From IMG/VR virus record IMGVR_UViG_3300012346_000035, positions 1 to 54,720 of that record: DNA of 54,720 nt; one strand, given 5' to 3'. The position numbers and the translations under genes were made by a program. The notes below the pieces were generated by a model. That model was not told the origin of the DNA and ran no database searches. It was given only the letters and a program-made list of their open reading frames with translations. Below, one piece after another: positions 35,599-44,157 of the stretch. The DNA comes from a virus. Taxonomy: Duplodnaviria > Caudoviricetes. Positions within the stretch are counted from its first letter, which is position 1. Each line of letters begins with the position of its first letter.

Positions 35599-35751
35599 TT
35601 AGATGCCGAATCGTTTGCTATCAAATTTATTTGATTGGTAAGCAACGAAGATTAGCCAAAGTGTATCGAAAGATACACCGAGACGATGTAATGTATACCA
35701 AAATCCGAAGGATTGGAGGAGGTCTTTAGTGCCGAGAAGGGATTTTGCCAT
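35599..35751 (-). CDS. 50-aa first early gene (not in ORF track)
   Basis: MAKSLLGTKDLLQSFGFWYTLHRLGVSFDTLWLIFVAYQSNKFDSKRFGI; TAAGGA RBS. Confidence 0.55.
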   Translation of the reverse strand: MAKSLLGTKDLLQSFGFWYTLHRLGVSFDTLWLIFVAYQSNKFDSKRFGI

Positions 35752-35768
35752 GATGATTTTTCCTTATT

Positions 35769-35861
35769 TAGTTTATCTTATTTACTTAAAAGAGAATATA
35801 TTTATATCCCCTTTCACTTTCAGTTAAAGGGTAAATATATTCTCGTAAATAAGATAAACTA
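35769..35861. repeat. Long AT-rich imperfect inverted repeat
   Basis: 17-bp, 13-bp and 6-bp nested perfect arms. Confidence 0.9.
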
Positions 35862-35942
35862 TTTCTGGGGCTACTTTTATATCTAGTCTTTAGACTAGGG
35901 GATCGGTTCGGTGAGGCAATTTCGAGACGGAAATCCCTTACT

Positions 35943-35995
35943 ATAGTAAGAAAATCATGCCAGTTGTCAACTTTTTATTTTTAATATATTTTTTA
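35943..35995 (-). promoter_or_regulatory. Main early sigma70 promoter with UP-like A-tract
   Basis: TTGACA-N16-TACTAT, A/T tracts upstream, points into early arm. Confidence 0.7.
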
Positions 35996-36052
35996 GATCG
36001 TAGATCTAAGGTCCCCCATTAAAAAATATGCTCACCCTTGAATGAGGGATTT

Positions 36053-36076
36053 GTGCCGAACATTCGACAGTAGAAC
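36053..36076. repeat. ~25-bp dispersed repeat, copy 4
   Basis: GTGCCGAACATTCGACAGTAGAAC. Confidence 0.9.
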
Positions 36077-36201
36077 ACCGAAGGTGAAGTCACCCAAAGT
36101 GAAAACACCGAAGGTGAATAGCTTAGTGGGATACCGATTGTGAGAAGTGAAAGTGGAACACCGAAGGTGAAAAGCATGGCGAGTGAAACACCGAAGGTGA
36201 A
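36074..36201 (+). repeat. Four exact copies of AACACCGAAGGTGAA
   Basis: Starts 36074, 36104, 36157, 36187. Confidence 0.95.
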
Positions 36202-36322
36202 GGGGTTAGAGTGATTAAGCCATACACCGCCAAGGGGTATCGGTTACACCGACCCTGAAATACCCCATTTTAACCACACTTTTTACTTCGTAACTGATAC
36301 CCTATCAGTTGCTATATGACTG

Positions 36323-36335
36323 TAAGTCATTGATT
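36323..36335 (-). promoter_or_regulatory. IHF-consensus site in the divergent non-coding region
   Basis: AATCAATGACTTA fits WATCAANNNNTTR. Confidence 0.5.
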
Positions 36336-36819
36336 TGTAAGGGCATCACTCGTCATCACACTTGCATCATTCGCTCTATGTGCCAGTTATGTGATGCGTA
36401 TGTGTGTTTGCCTACAGGTGATGGGTGGGCGTGGGTCACGGGGGGTCCTAGCGTTAGTTGTATATGGACTCTTACACAGATCAGGTATTTAAAAGGGTTA
36501 GTGTACACTCACATGTATCACTTGTCCCCCTCACTCATATGTTCCACATAAACCACACACCCTTGAACCTCACATTAAGTACCCCACGTAAACTGCCAAC
36601 ACATCTTCTGTACACATGAAATGCTTAGGGCTATGGTACAATCACTCTAGAAGACACTAGGAAGCTCTCAGAGAAGAGATCTCACATGCTGTGATACCTA
36701 GGGTGCTTCTTTAAGTGAAACAGCATAGCGTGTGGTTTTAGTCTGTCTGTCTCTATATAACTAGAAGTAGTATATAGATGTACAAAGCTAGATGTTTTAG
36801 TGATAAGTAAAAATAAAGC

Positions 36820-36849
36820 TTGACAAGATCTGCAAAGTACGGTTAAACT
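36820..36849 (+). promoter_or_regulatory. Sigma70-like promoter for late arm
   Basis: TTGACA-N18-TAAACT. Confidence 0.55.
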
Positions 36850-37124
36850 ACGTCTAACAGACACTCACTTAAAGTGATACAGTTAAGTGTTAGTAGTTAA
36901 ATACTAAATACATATAACTATAAAAACATATAAGTATAAAGATAGTTAAACTAAAGAACATATAAGTGTTACATTTAAGTGAGTAGAGAAGTAGACTTTG
37001 TCAAGAACTATTCGTTTACCTTTGAATGCATTTAAGTGAGTCACTTACAGTGATACCTATCTGTACACACTAAGAGTCCGAGTTCTGAAGAACGAGGGCG
37101 GTCAAATAAAAACAACAATAAGCA

Positions 37125-37153
37125 TTGACAATGTTAGAAAAACCAGTAAAACT
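37125..37153 (+). promoter_or_regulatory. Sigma70-like promoter
   Basis: TTGACA-N16-TAAAACT. Confidence 0.45.
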
Positions 37154-37406
37154 ATCCGTACCTAAAAGAACAAGGAAGAAAGTCCAGCTACGTGATGCAT
37201 TCGTACTGGAAGATTTCTATTTGGCTGTTAGGAATAACAGACTAGACTCTATACATGTACCCCACAGTGATGTATTCTTTGTCAAAGCTGCAATGGAGAA
37301 TAGACTAGGGATGAAGTTCACCCTTAAAGACATTGAAGCTGCTATGAGAGCCGAAGGCTGGAATGAATCCAGAGTTCTTAAACCTAAGAGATACTTGTAC
37401 AAATGA
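37131..37406 (+). CDS. Conserved hypothetical protein, first late gene (start uncertain)
   Basis: HVPHSDVFFV...AMRAEGW. Confidence 0.55.
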   Translation: MLEKPVKLSVPKRTRKKVQLRDAFVLEDFYLAVRNNRLDSIHVPHSDVFFVKAAMENRLGMKFTLKDIEAAMRAEGWNESRVLKPKRYLYK

Positions 37407-37672
37407 TTAAAAAAGGTAAGGAAGAGTTTGCTGGTTATAACAAACCAAAGAAGACTCCTCAACATCCTACTAAGTCACATGCTGTGCTAGCCAAGGAAGG
37501 CAGTACAGAAAAGCTTATCCGATTTGGACAACAAGGTGTATCAGGTGCTGGATCTAATCCTTCGACACCTGCAGAGAAAGCTAGACAAAAGTCATTCAAG
37601 GCAAGACACGCTAAGAATATTTCAAAGGGTAAGCTATCAGCTGCATACTGGGCTGACAAGGTTAAGTGGTAA
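37403..37672 (+). CDS. Basic conserved phage protein
   Basis: IRFGQQG, SFKARH, SAAYWA.KVKW. Confidence 0.7.
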   Translation: MIKKGKEEFAGYNKPKKTPQHPTKSHAVLAKEGSTEKLIRFGQQGVSGAGSNPSTPAEKARQKSFKARHAKNISKGKLSAAYWADKVKW

Positions 37673-37701
37673 TATCAATTTTAAACTAAAGGAATTAAAT
37701 C

Positions 37702-38097
37702 ATGGGTATCTCCTCACGTATTTCAAAGATGTTCTCTAAAGCAGAAGTAGAGAAGATGGACACAGCAGCTAAAAAAGCTGCAGGTAGTCCCGGTTATGAT
37801 GATGACACATTAGCTGCTCAGAAAGAGTTTGCTAAAGAAAAAGAAGTAGCTAAGTCTAAGAAGCTATCTGCTGCTGAAGAGAAAGCTGCTGATGCTGAGG
37901 CTTATGCTTCTGCAATGGGTACAAAGAAGCCAACTAAAAAAGGTGCTTTGACTGAGAAAGAAAAGAAGGATCTGCAGAAGTCTTTAGAGTTTAACAAAGG
38001 TGGTGCAGTTAAAAAGAAGGCAGCTTACGCTAAAGGCGGTATGGTTATGGCTAACTGTGGTGCTTCAGTTAAACCTGCACAAAAGGCTAAGAAATAA
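37702..38097 (+). CDS. Lys/Ala-rich late protein
   Basis: AAGGA RBS; FNKGG and YAKGG motifs. Confidence 0.6.
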   Translation: MGISSRISKMFSKAEVEKMDTAAKKAAGSPGYDDDTLAAQKEFAKEKEVAKSKKLSAAEEKAADAEAYASAMGTKKPTKKGALTEKEKKDLQKSLEFNKGGAVKKKAAYAKGGMVMANCGASVKPAQKAKK

Positions 38098-38098
38098 T

Positions 38099-38389
38099 AT
38101 GCCATCTAAATCAGACAACATCTTTACCCGTATCAAAGAAAATGTAATGGGCACAAAAGAAGAGAATGCCCAAGCAGAGAAGGATATTGCTAAGTACAAA
38201 GAATCTAAGGCTAAAGAGAAGGCTGCTGAAGAAGCTAAGAAAACTAAGCTGGCTAAAGGTGGTGCAGTTAAAAAAGCTACAGTTAAGAAAGCCCCAGCTA
38301 AGTCTGTCAAGAAGCCTGCCATTGCTGTGATGATTGCAGTAGGCAAGCCGAAGATGAACAAAGGTGGTATGCCTAAGAAGAAGTGCTAA
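38099..38389 (+). CDS. Lys/Ala-rich late protein (start reassigned)
   Basis: ATG after upstream stop; LAKGG, MNKGG. Confidence 0.6.
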   Translation: MPSKSDNIFTRIKENVMGTKEENAQAEKDIAKYKESKAKEKAAEEAKKTKLAKGGAVKKATVKKAPAKSVKKPAIAVMIAVGKPKMNKGGMPKKKC

Positions 38390-38392
38390 TTC

Positions 38393-38812
38393 GTGGCTGA
38401 AGACTTACAGATAAACCTACTCAAGAGTGAGCTGATCTCCTTAAGGAATGCTCGCTCTGGTAGGTCTGTTCCTGATCCTAGAATCGATAAGCGTATAGCT
38501 GAGATTGAAAGTCAGATTAGTCGTAAGAGTAGCGGTACTGTAGCTACACCGGGTTTGGCTAAAGGAGGTAGTGTGATTAAGAAATCAGGTTCTAAAGCTG
38601 CTAAGGCAGGTGTAACTAAATTCTCCCCAGTAAAAACTAAGAAGCTAGCTGAAGGTGGTTTGACTAAAAAGCAAACTGCTAAGGTGGGTAAAGTTATGGG
38701 TGAGTTCAAAGACAAGTCATTACACTCTGGTAAGGGTGGTCCTGTAGTAAAGAATCCTAAGCAGGCTATTGCCATTGCTCTATCTGAAGCACGTAAAGTG
38801 AAGAAGAAGTAA
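38393..38812 (+). CDS. Basic late protein with DUF6496-like C-terminus
   Basis: KVMGEFK...LHSGKGG..V..PKQAIAIALSEAR. Confidence 0.65.
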   Translation: MAEDLQINLLKSELISLRNARSGRSVPDPRIDKRIAEIESQISRKSSGTVATPGLAKGGSVIKKSGSKAAKAGVTKFSPVKTKKLAEGGLTKKQTAKVGKVMGEFKDKSLHSGKGGPVVKNPKQAIAIALSEARKVKKK

Positions 38813-39165
38813 TGGCAGAATCACAGTCAAAAACGTATAACGTATCATGTACTGTTCAGAATCAAGTATACACACTGTACAGATGCCCTCCTAATTGTCG
38901 TTCCTACATGCACGTACTTTATATTGCTAATGCTAGTACTACTACCCCGGCAATTACGATAGAGTGGGAAAGAGCCGATGGATCTCATATGCATATCCTC
39001 GGAGATAAAAACATGACTGCTGGTGAATTTCTACAGTGGTCATCAGCATATATTGTATTTGAGCCGGGGGATTACATGACTGCTACTGCCTCTGCCCATG
39101 CAAGTCCACACATTGATGTACTTTGTACTGTTGAAGAATTCTTCCTGCCTAACCGAGCAAGATAA
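38812..39165 (+). CDS. Small beta-rich virion-type protein, similar to 54189-54515
   Basis: LY.CP...LYIAN...EPGD pattern. Confidence 0.5.
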   Translation: MAESQSKTYNVSCTVQNQVYTLYRCPPNCRSYMHVLYIANASTTTPAITIEWERADGSHMHILGDKNMTAGEFLQWSSAYIVFEPGDYMTATASAHASPHIDVLCTVEEFFLPNRAR

Positions 39166-39542
39166 TGCCACGGACTAATGAGAAGCTTTGGGAAAAAGCT
39201 AAGTCTGAAGCTAAAGCCAAGATGGGTGGTAAGCACTCAGCTAGGGCTATGCAGTTAGCTGGAAAGATCTACAAAGATAAAGGCGGTGATTACACTGGAG
39301 AAAAGACTAAAGCCCAGAAGAGCCTATCCAAGTGGACTAAAGAAGACTGGGGTACTAAGTCAGGTAAGAAGTCTTCTGAGACAGGTGAGAGATACTTACC
39401 TAAGAAAGCAATCAAAGCGTTATCACCTGCAGAGTATGCAGCTACAACCAAGGCTAAGCGTGAGGGTACTAAAGCGGGTAAGCAGTTTGTAGCCCAACCA
39501 AAAGAGATAGCCAAGAAGGTTAAACCATTTAGGAAAGCATAA
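39165..39542 (+). CDS. DUF5872-like basic protein
   Basis: SARAMQL, SLSKWTKEDW, RYLPKKA. Confidence 0.65.
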   Translation: MPRTNEKLWEKAKSEAKAKMGGKHSARAMQLAGKIYKDKGGDYTGEKTKAQKSLSKWTKEDWGTKSGKKSSETGERYLPKKAIKALSPAEYAATTKAKREGTKAGKQFVAQPKEIAKKVKPFRKA

Positions 39543-39916
39543 TGGCAAAAGAATTAAATGAAAAGCAAGCTAAGTTTCTAGAAGTCCTGTTTGAAGAAGC
39601 AGGTGGAGATCCTATTCGTGCTAAGGAACTAGCTGGCTATTCCCGTGACTACTCTACAACTGAGTTAGTCAAAGGTATCAAAGAAGAGATCATGGAACGT
39701 ACCCAGTTGTACATGGCACGTAATGCACCTCGTGCTGCTATGTCTATTGTATCTGGTATGGTTGACCCTACAGAATTAGGATTACGTGATAAAATCAATG
39801 CAGCTAAGGATCTGTTAGATCGTGTTGGTTTGGTCAAGACTGAGAAGTTACAAGTTGAAGCTACTAACGGTTTAATGATTCTTCCTCCTAAAGAACGAGA
39901 TACAGAAGAAGAGTAA
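39542..39916 (+). CDS. terS: Putative terminase small subunit
   Basis: LNEKQ.KF, A.ELAGYS HTH, AAKDLLDR, ILPPK; upstream of terL. Confidence 0.65.
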   Translation: MAKELNEKQAKFLEVLFEEAGGDPIRAKELAGYSRDYSTTELVKGIKEEIMERTQLYMARNAPRAAMSIVSGMVDPTELGLRDKINAAKDLLDRVGLVKTEKLQVEATNGLMILPPKERDTEEE

Positions 39917-39918
39917 TC

Positions 39919-40374
39919 ATGGTTCGTACTACGGCTGGCAAGTGGATTCTACCCCAACCGATAGCTGCAAAGAATACAGGGGAATATGTTTCAATTCCTA
40001 AACTCAGTACAGTGTGGATTCCTTTTGGGTACAAGGTAAGTGAAACAGATCCAGATGTATTAGATCCTATTGCAGTAGAGCTAGAAGCATTAGAGCAAGC
40101 TAAGAAATATTTAAAGCAGTACCCGTCTAGGTACGTAGCAGCATGGCTCACTAAGGTTACTGGGAGATCGATATCTCATGCAGGATTACTAAAAAGAATA
40201 AAACATGAGCAGCGAAACAAGGCAAAGGCTGCTAGCCTCAGACGATGGGCAGCTAGATACAAACGAGCAATTGAAGAAGCGGAGAAGTACGAAAAAAGGA
40301 CGGGCAACAAGTACGTCAAAAACGCAAGAGACATCATCGACCAAGTCGATAGAGATCACGGAATCGATGTCTGA
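39919..40374 (+). CDS. Hypothetical DNA-binding protein
   Basis: IPFGY...VAAWL...ISHAGL.KR. Confidence 0.55.
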   Translation: MVRTTAGKWILPQPIAAKNTGEYVSIPKLSTVWIPFGYKVSETDPDVLDPIAVELEALEQAKKYLKQYPSRYVAAWLTKVTGRSISHAGLLKRIKHEQRNKAKAASLRRWAARYKRAIEEAEKYEKRTGNKYVKNARDIIDQVDRDHGIDV

Positions 40375-41803
40375 CGTACCAGAGAAGATGCATGTACCTG
40401 ACATTGAAGGTCAGAACATTATCTTCAAACCCAATCCGGGTCCTCAGACGTTCTTCTTAGCCGCACCTGAACGTGAAGTTCTCTATGGAGGAGCAGCGGG
40501 TGGAGGTAAATCTTATGCAATGCTTGCTGACCCTCTCAGATATATGGGTCATCCTTCCTTTAGCGGTCTGTTGTTACGTCATACTACTGAAGAACTTAGG
40601 GAACTGATCTGGAAATCACAGGAAATGTACCCGAAGATCTATCCGGGTATCAAGTGGTCAGAGAGAAAGATGCAGTGGGTAGCTCCAAGTGGGGCTAGAT
40701 TGTGGTTCTCGTACCTTGATAGAGACGAAGACGTACTCAGATACCAAGGTTTAGCGTTTAGTTGGGTAGGATTTGACGAGTTAACGCAGTGGTCTACCCC
40801 ATTTGCGTGGAATTACATGCGTTCTCGTCTACGTAGTACTGCTCCAGACCTACCAATCTTCATGAGAGCTACTACCAATCCGGGTGGACCGGGTCATGCG
40901 TGGGTTAAAAAGATGTTTATTGACCCTTCTCCTCCGGGAAAGTCCTACTGGGCTACGGATGTAGAGACAGGACAGAGATTAGAGTACCCTAAAGGGCATA
41001 GTAAAGCAGGGCAACCCCTGTTTAAGCGTAGGTTTATTCCAGCAATGCTGATAGATAACCCGTATTTGGCTGAACAAGGGGACTATGAGACGATGTTGCT
41101 CTCCTTACCAGAGCACCAACGTAAGCAATTGCTTGAAGGCAACTGGGATGTAGCAGAAGGTGCAGCATTCTCGGAGTTTAACCGACAGATTCACGTAGTA
41201 GAACCGTTTGATATACCAAGAAGCTGGGCTAAATTCAGATCTTGTGACTATGGCTACGGATCTTACTCAGCTGTAACGTGGTTTGCTATATCTCCTAGTG
41301 AACAGTTGATTGTTTACAGAGAATTGTACGTAAGTAAGGTACTTGCCACAGATTTAGCTGACATGGTGTTAGAATTAGAAGCTAATGATGGACCTATTCG
41401 CTACGGAGTACTGGATAGTTCCTGTTGGCACAAGCGTGGAGACACAGGTCCCTCACTTGCAGAGCAGATGATCATGCGTGGCTGTAGATGGAGACCTGCA
41501 GATAGAAGTGCAGGTAGCCGTGTAGCAGGTAAAAATGAAATACATAGAAGATTACAGGTCGATCCCTTTACAGAAGAGCCAAGACTTGTTATAACTAGCA
41601 ACTGCACGAACTTAATTGCACAGCTTCCTATCTTGCCTTTGGATAAGCATAACCCCGAAGACATTGATACGAAGTCAGAGGATCACCTCTATGATGCAAT
41701 GCGATATGGAGTGATGAGTAGACCACGTAGTAGTTTATTCGACTATAATCCGTTACATCAGAAAACAGGCATGTCTGTTGCTGATCCAACATTTGGATAT
41801 TGA
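40367..41803 (+). CDS. terL: Terminase large subunit (start uncertain; frame open from 40205)
   Basis: YGGAAGGGKS Walker A, FDEL Walker B, TTNPGG, DYG, DHLYDAMRY. Confidence 0.95.
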   Translation: MSDVPEKMHVPDIEGQNIIFKPNPGPQTFFLAAPEREVLYGGAAGGGKSYAMLADPLRYMGHPSFSGLLLRHTTEELRELIWKSQEMYPKIYPGIKWSERKMQWVAPSGARLWFSYLDRDEDVLRYQGLAFSWVGFDELTQWSTPFAWNYMRSRLRSTAPDLPIFMRATTNPGGPGHAWVKKMFIDPSPPGKSYWATDVETGQRLEYPKGHSKAGQPLFKRRFIPAMLIDNPYLAEQGDYETMLLSLPEHQRKQLLEGNWDVAEGAAFSEFNRQIHVVEPFDIPRSWAKFRSCDYGYGSYSAVTWFAISPSEQLIVYRELYVSKVLATDLADMVLELEANDGPIRYGVLDSSCWHKRGDTGPSLAEQMIMRGCRWRPADRSAGSRVAGKNEIHRRLQVDPFTEEPRLVITSNCTNLIAQLPILPLDKHNPEDIDTKSEDHLYDAMRYGVMSRPRSSLFDYNPLHQKTGMSVADPTFGY

Positions 41804-41812
41804 AGGTAAAGA

Positions 41813-43921
41813 ATGATAGATAATAAGTTTCTTGACGATGACTCGATCAATTTGCAAGACGTAGATAACATCAGTGCAGAGGATCAAGTAGCTAGCCCAG
41901 TGATTCAACTCCTCATGGAGCGATACACTAAAGCTGAGACAGCCCGTAGGATTGATGAAGAGCGTTGGTTACGTGCCTATCGTAACTACCGTGGTATCTA
42001 CGGAACAGATGTCCAGTTCACAGAAACTGAGAAGAGTCGTGTATTCATCAAGGTAACTAAGACCAAGACACTAGCTGCCTACGGTCAAATCATCGATGTC
42101 CTATTTGCCAACAATAGCTTTCCGATTAGTGTAGATCCTACAGTACTCCCAGAAGGCGTAGCGGAGGATGTAAGCTTTGACCCAACTGAAAGCAAGATTC
42201 GTGAAGTGGTACCTGATTTTTCTCCTTACGGATATAAAGGGGATGGTAAAGAACTTCCCCCCGGTGCTACTTATAAGACGCTTCAAGAAAGACTTGGGTC
42301 TTTAACAGACGAACTGTCTGGCATCACCAACCTCAATGAAGGTCCCGGTTTAACATCTACCTCTGCCACCTTTAGCCCAGCAATGATTGCTGCTAAGAAG
42401 ATGGAGAAGAAGATTAAAGACCAGCTCGATGAGAGCAATGCAAGTAAGCAGTTAAGGTCTACAGCATTTGAGATGGCACTCTTTGGTACAGGTATCATGA
42501 AGGGTCCATTTGCTACGGATAAAGAATATCCTAACTGGTCTGCTGAAGGTGAGTATTCTCCCACTATCAAGACTGTCCCATCTACCTCCCATGTAAGTGT
42601 TTGGAATTACTATCCTGATCCTGATGCAGTAAATATGGATGAGGCTCAGTACATCATTGAACGTCACAAGATGAGCCGTAGTCAAGTACGTGCTTTAAAG
42701 AAACGACCTTTCTTCCGTGCTAAAGTTATTGACGATGTGATTGCTCAGGGTGAGTCTTACACCAAGAAGTATTGGGAAGATGACTTGAATGATTACAGAG
42801 CAGATCATGGTGTAGATCGCTTTGAAGTATTAGAGTTCTGGGGTTCAATTGAAGTTGCTCTCCTACAAGAGAATGGCGTTAAGATCCCTAAAGAATTAGA
42901 AAATGCAGATGAGTTACAAGCTAACATCTGGTACTGTAATGGTCGTATTCTCCGCATGGTATTAAATCCTTTCAAGCCAGCTAGGATTCCGTATTACGCT
43001 GTCCCCTACGAATTAAACCCATACTCGCTATTTGGCATCGGTATCGCAGAAAACATGGACGATACACAAACTTTAATGAACGGGTTTATGCGTATGGCGG
43101 TGGATAATGCTGTCCTATCTGGCAACCTTGTATTTGAAGTAGATGAAACTAACTTGACTCCGGGTCAAGATCTGTCAGTCTATCCGGGTAAAGTATTCCG
43201 TAGACAGGGTGGTGCACCCGGTCAGGCTATCTTCGGTACTAAGTTCCCTAACGTATCTAATGAGAACCTCCAGCTATTTGACAAAGCTCGTGTACTAGCG
43301 GATGAATCTACAGGTTTACCTTCTTTCTCACATGGTCAGACAGGTGTATCAGGGGTAGGTCGTACAGCTAGCGGTATCAGCATGCTAATGAATGCTGCTT
43401 CTGGTGGTGTTAAGACTGTTATCAAGAACCTAGATGACTACTTGTTACGCCCATTAGGTGAAGCATTCTTTAGTTTCAATATGCAGTTTGACTTTGATCC
43501 TGAGATCAAGGGTGACTTAGAAGTTAAGGCTCGTGGTACAGAAAGCTTGATGGCTAATGAAGTACGTAGTCAGCGACTCATGCAGTTCTTGCAAGTAGCT
43601 AGCCAGCCAGCATTAGCCCCATATGCTAAGTTCCCTTATATCATTCGTGAGATAGCCAAGTCTATGGATCTTGATCCAGAGAAGGTAACTAATAGCTTTG
43701 ATGAGGCAACTCGTCAAGCAGTCTTACTGCAACAGAATCAACCTCCAGCACCAGCAGGTGGAGCACCGGGAGTACCGGGTGTTCAGGATATGACAGGTGC
43801 AGGTGGTGGTAACATTGGTGTAGGTGCAGCTCCAACTCCGGGTGAACAAGGATTTAGTGGTAACATTACACCACAGGGCACACCTCCAGCTGCTCCCCCA
43901 CAAGGACAAGCACCACAATGA
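41813..43921 (+). CDS. Portal protein
   Basis: 702 aa after terL; FGTGIMK, FGIGIAE, RTASGISML. Confidence 0.85.
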   Translation: MIDNKFLDDDSINLQDVDNISAEDQVASPVIQLLMERYTKAETARRIDEERWLRAYRNYRGIYGTDVQFTETEKSRVFIKVTKTKTLAAYGQIIDVLFANNSFPISVDPTVLPEGVAEDVSFDPTESKIREVVPDFSPYGYKGDGKELPPGATYKTLQERLGSLTDELSGITNLNEGPGLTSTSATFSPAMIAAKKMEKKIKDQLDESNASKQLRSTAFEMALFGTGIMKGPFATDKEYPNWSAEGEYSPTIKTVPSTSHVSVWNYYPDPDAVNMDEAQYIIERHKMSRSQVRALKKRPFFRAKVIDDVIAQGESYTKKYWEDDLNDYRADHGVDRFEVLEFWGSIEVALLQENGVKIPKELENADELQANIWYCNGRILRMVLNPFKPARIPYYAVPYELNPYSLFGIGIAENMDDTQTLMNGFMRMAVDNAVLSGNLVFEVDETNLTPGQDLSVYPGKVFRRQGGAPGQAIFGTKFPNVSNENLQLFDKARVLADESTGLPSFSHGQTGVSGVGRTASGISMLMNAASGGVKTVIKNLDDYLLRPLGEAFFSFNMQFDFDPEIKGDLEVKARGTESLMANEVRSQRLMQFLQVASQPALAPYAKFPYIIREIAKSMDLDPEKVTNSFDEATRQAVLLQQNQPPAPAGGAPGVPGVQDMTGAGGGNIGVGAAPTPGEQGFSGNITPQGTPPAAPPQGQAPQ

Positions 43922-44157
43922 CACAAGCACATGTAACAGATACAAAGCCAGCTAAACCTTTTCTCTCTAAGTTAAAAGGATTTGTAGATAGCAACAATCA
44001 GTGGGATGGCTTTGTTGAATTACTAGAGTACGAAATTGAAATGCAGCGTAAGAAGTTAGAGCAATCTAAAGAACCACTTGAAATGTACCACGCTCAAGGT
44101 GCTATCTTTGCTCTTAGACAATTGAAATATTTAAGGGATCAAGTGCATGCAAAATAA
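43918..44157 (+). CDS. Small conserved post-portal protein
   Basis: AQGAI..LR.L..LRD.V. Confidence 0.65.
   Translation: MTQAHVTDTKPAKPFLSKLKGFVDSNNQWDGFVELLEYEIEMQRKKLEQSKEPLEMYHAQGAIFALRQLKYLRDQVHAK

Noticed and set aside
30706-36076. LexA/SOS boxes in the 25-bp repeat
   Set aside because: GTTC-N11-GTTC and CGAA-N2-TTCG do not match GTTC-N7-GTTC, CGAAC-N4-GTTCG or CTGT-N8-ACAG
36053-36201. Mini CRISPR array
   Set aside because: Repeats only 15 bp, spacers 15/38/15 bp, no cas operon; the Cas4-like nuclease is an ordinary replication-module gene
35750-37120. tRNA or rRNA genes in non-coding regions
   Set aside because: No cloverleaf with T-loop and acceptor stem found by eye; a tRNA scan would confirm
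40205-40374. Programmed -1 frameshift fusing the 39919 ORF to terL
   Set aside because: terL is in the +1 frame, no canonical slippery heptamer, and an ATG exists at 40367
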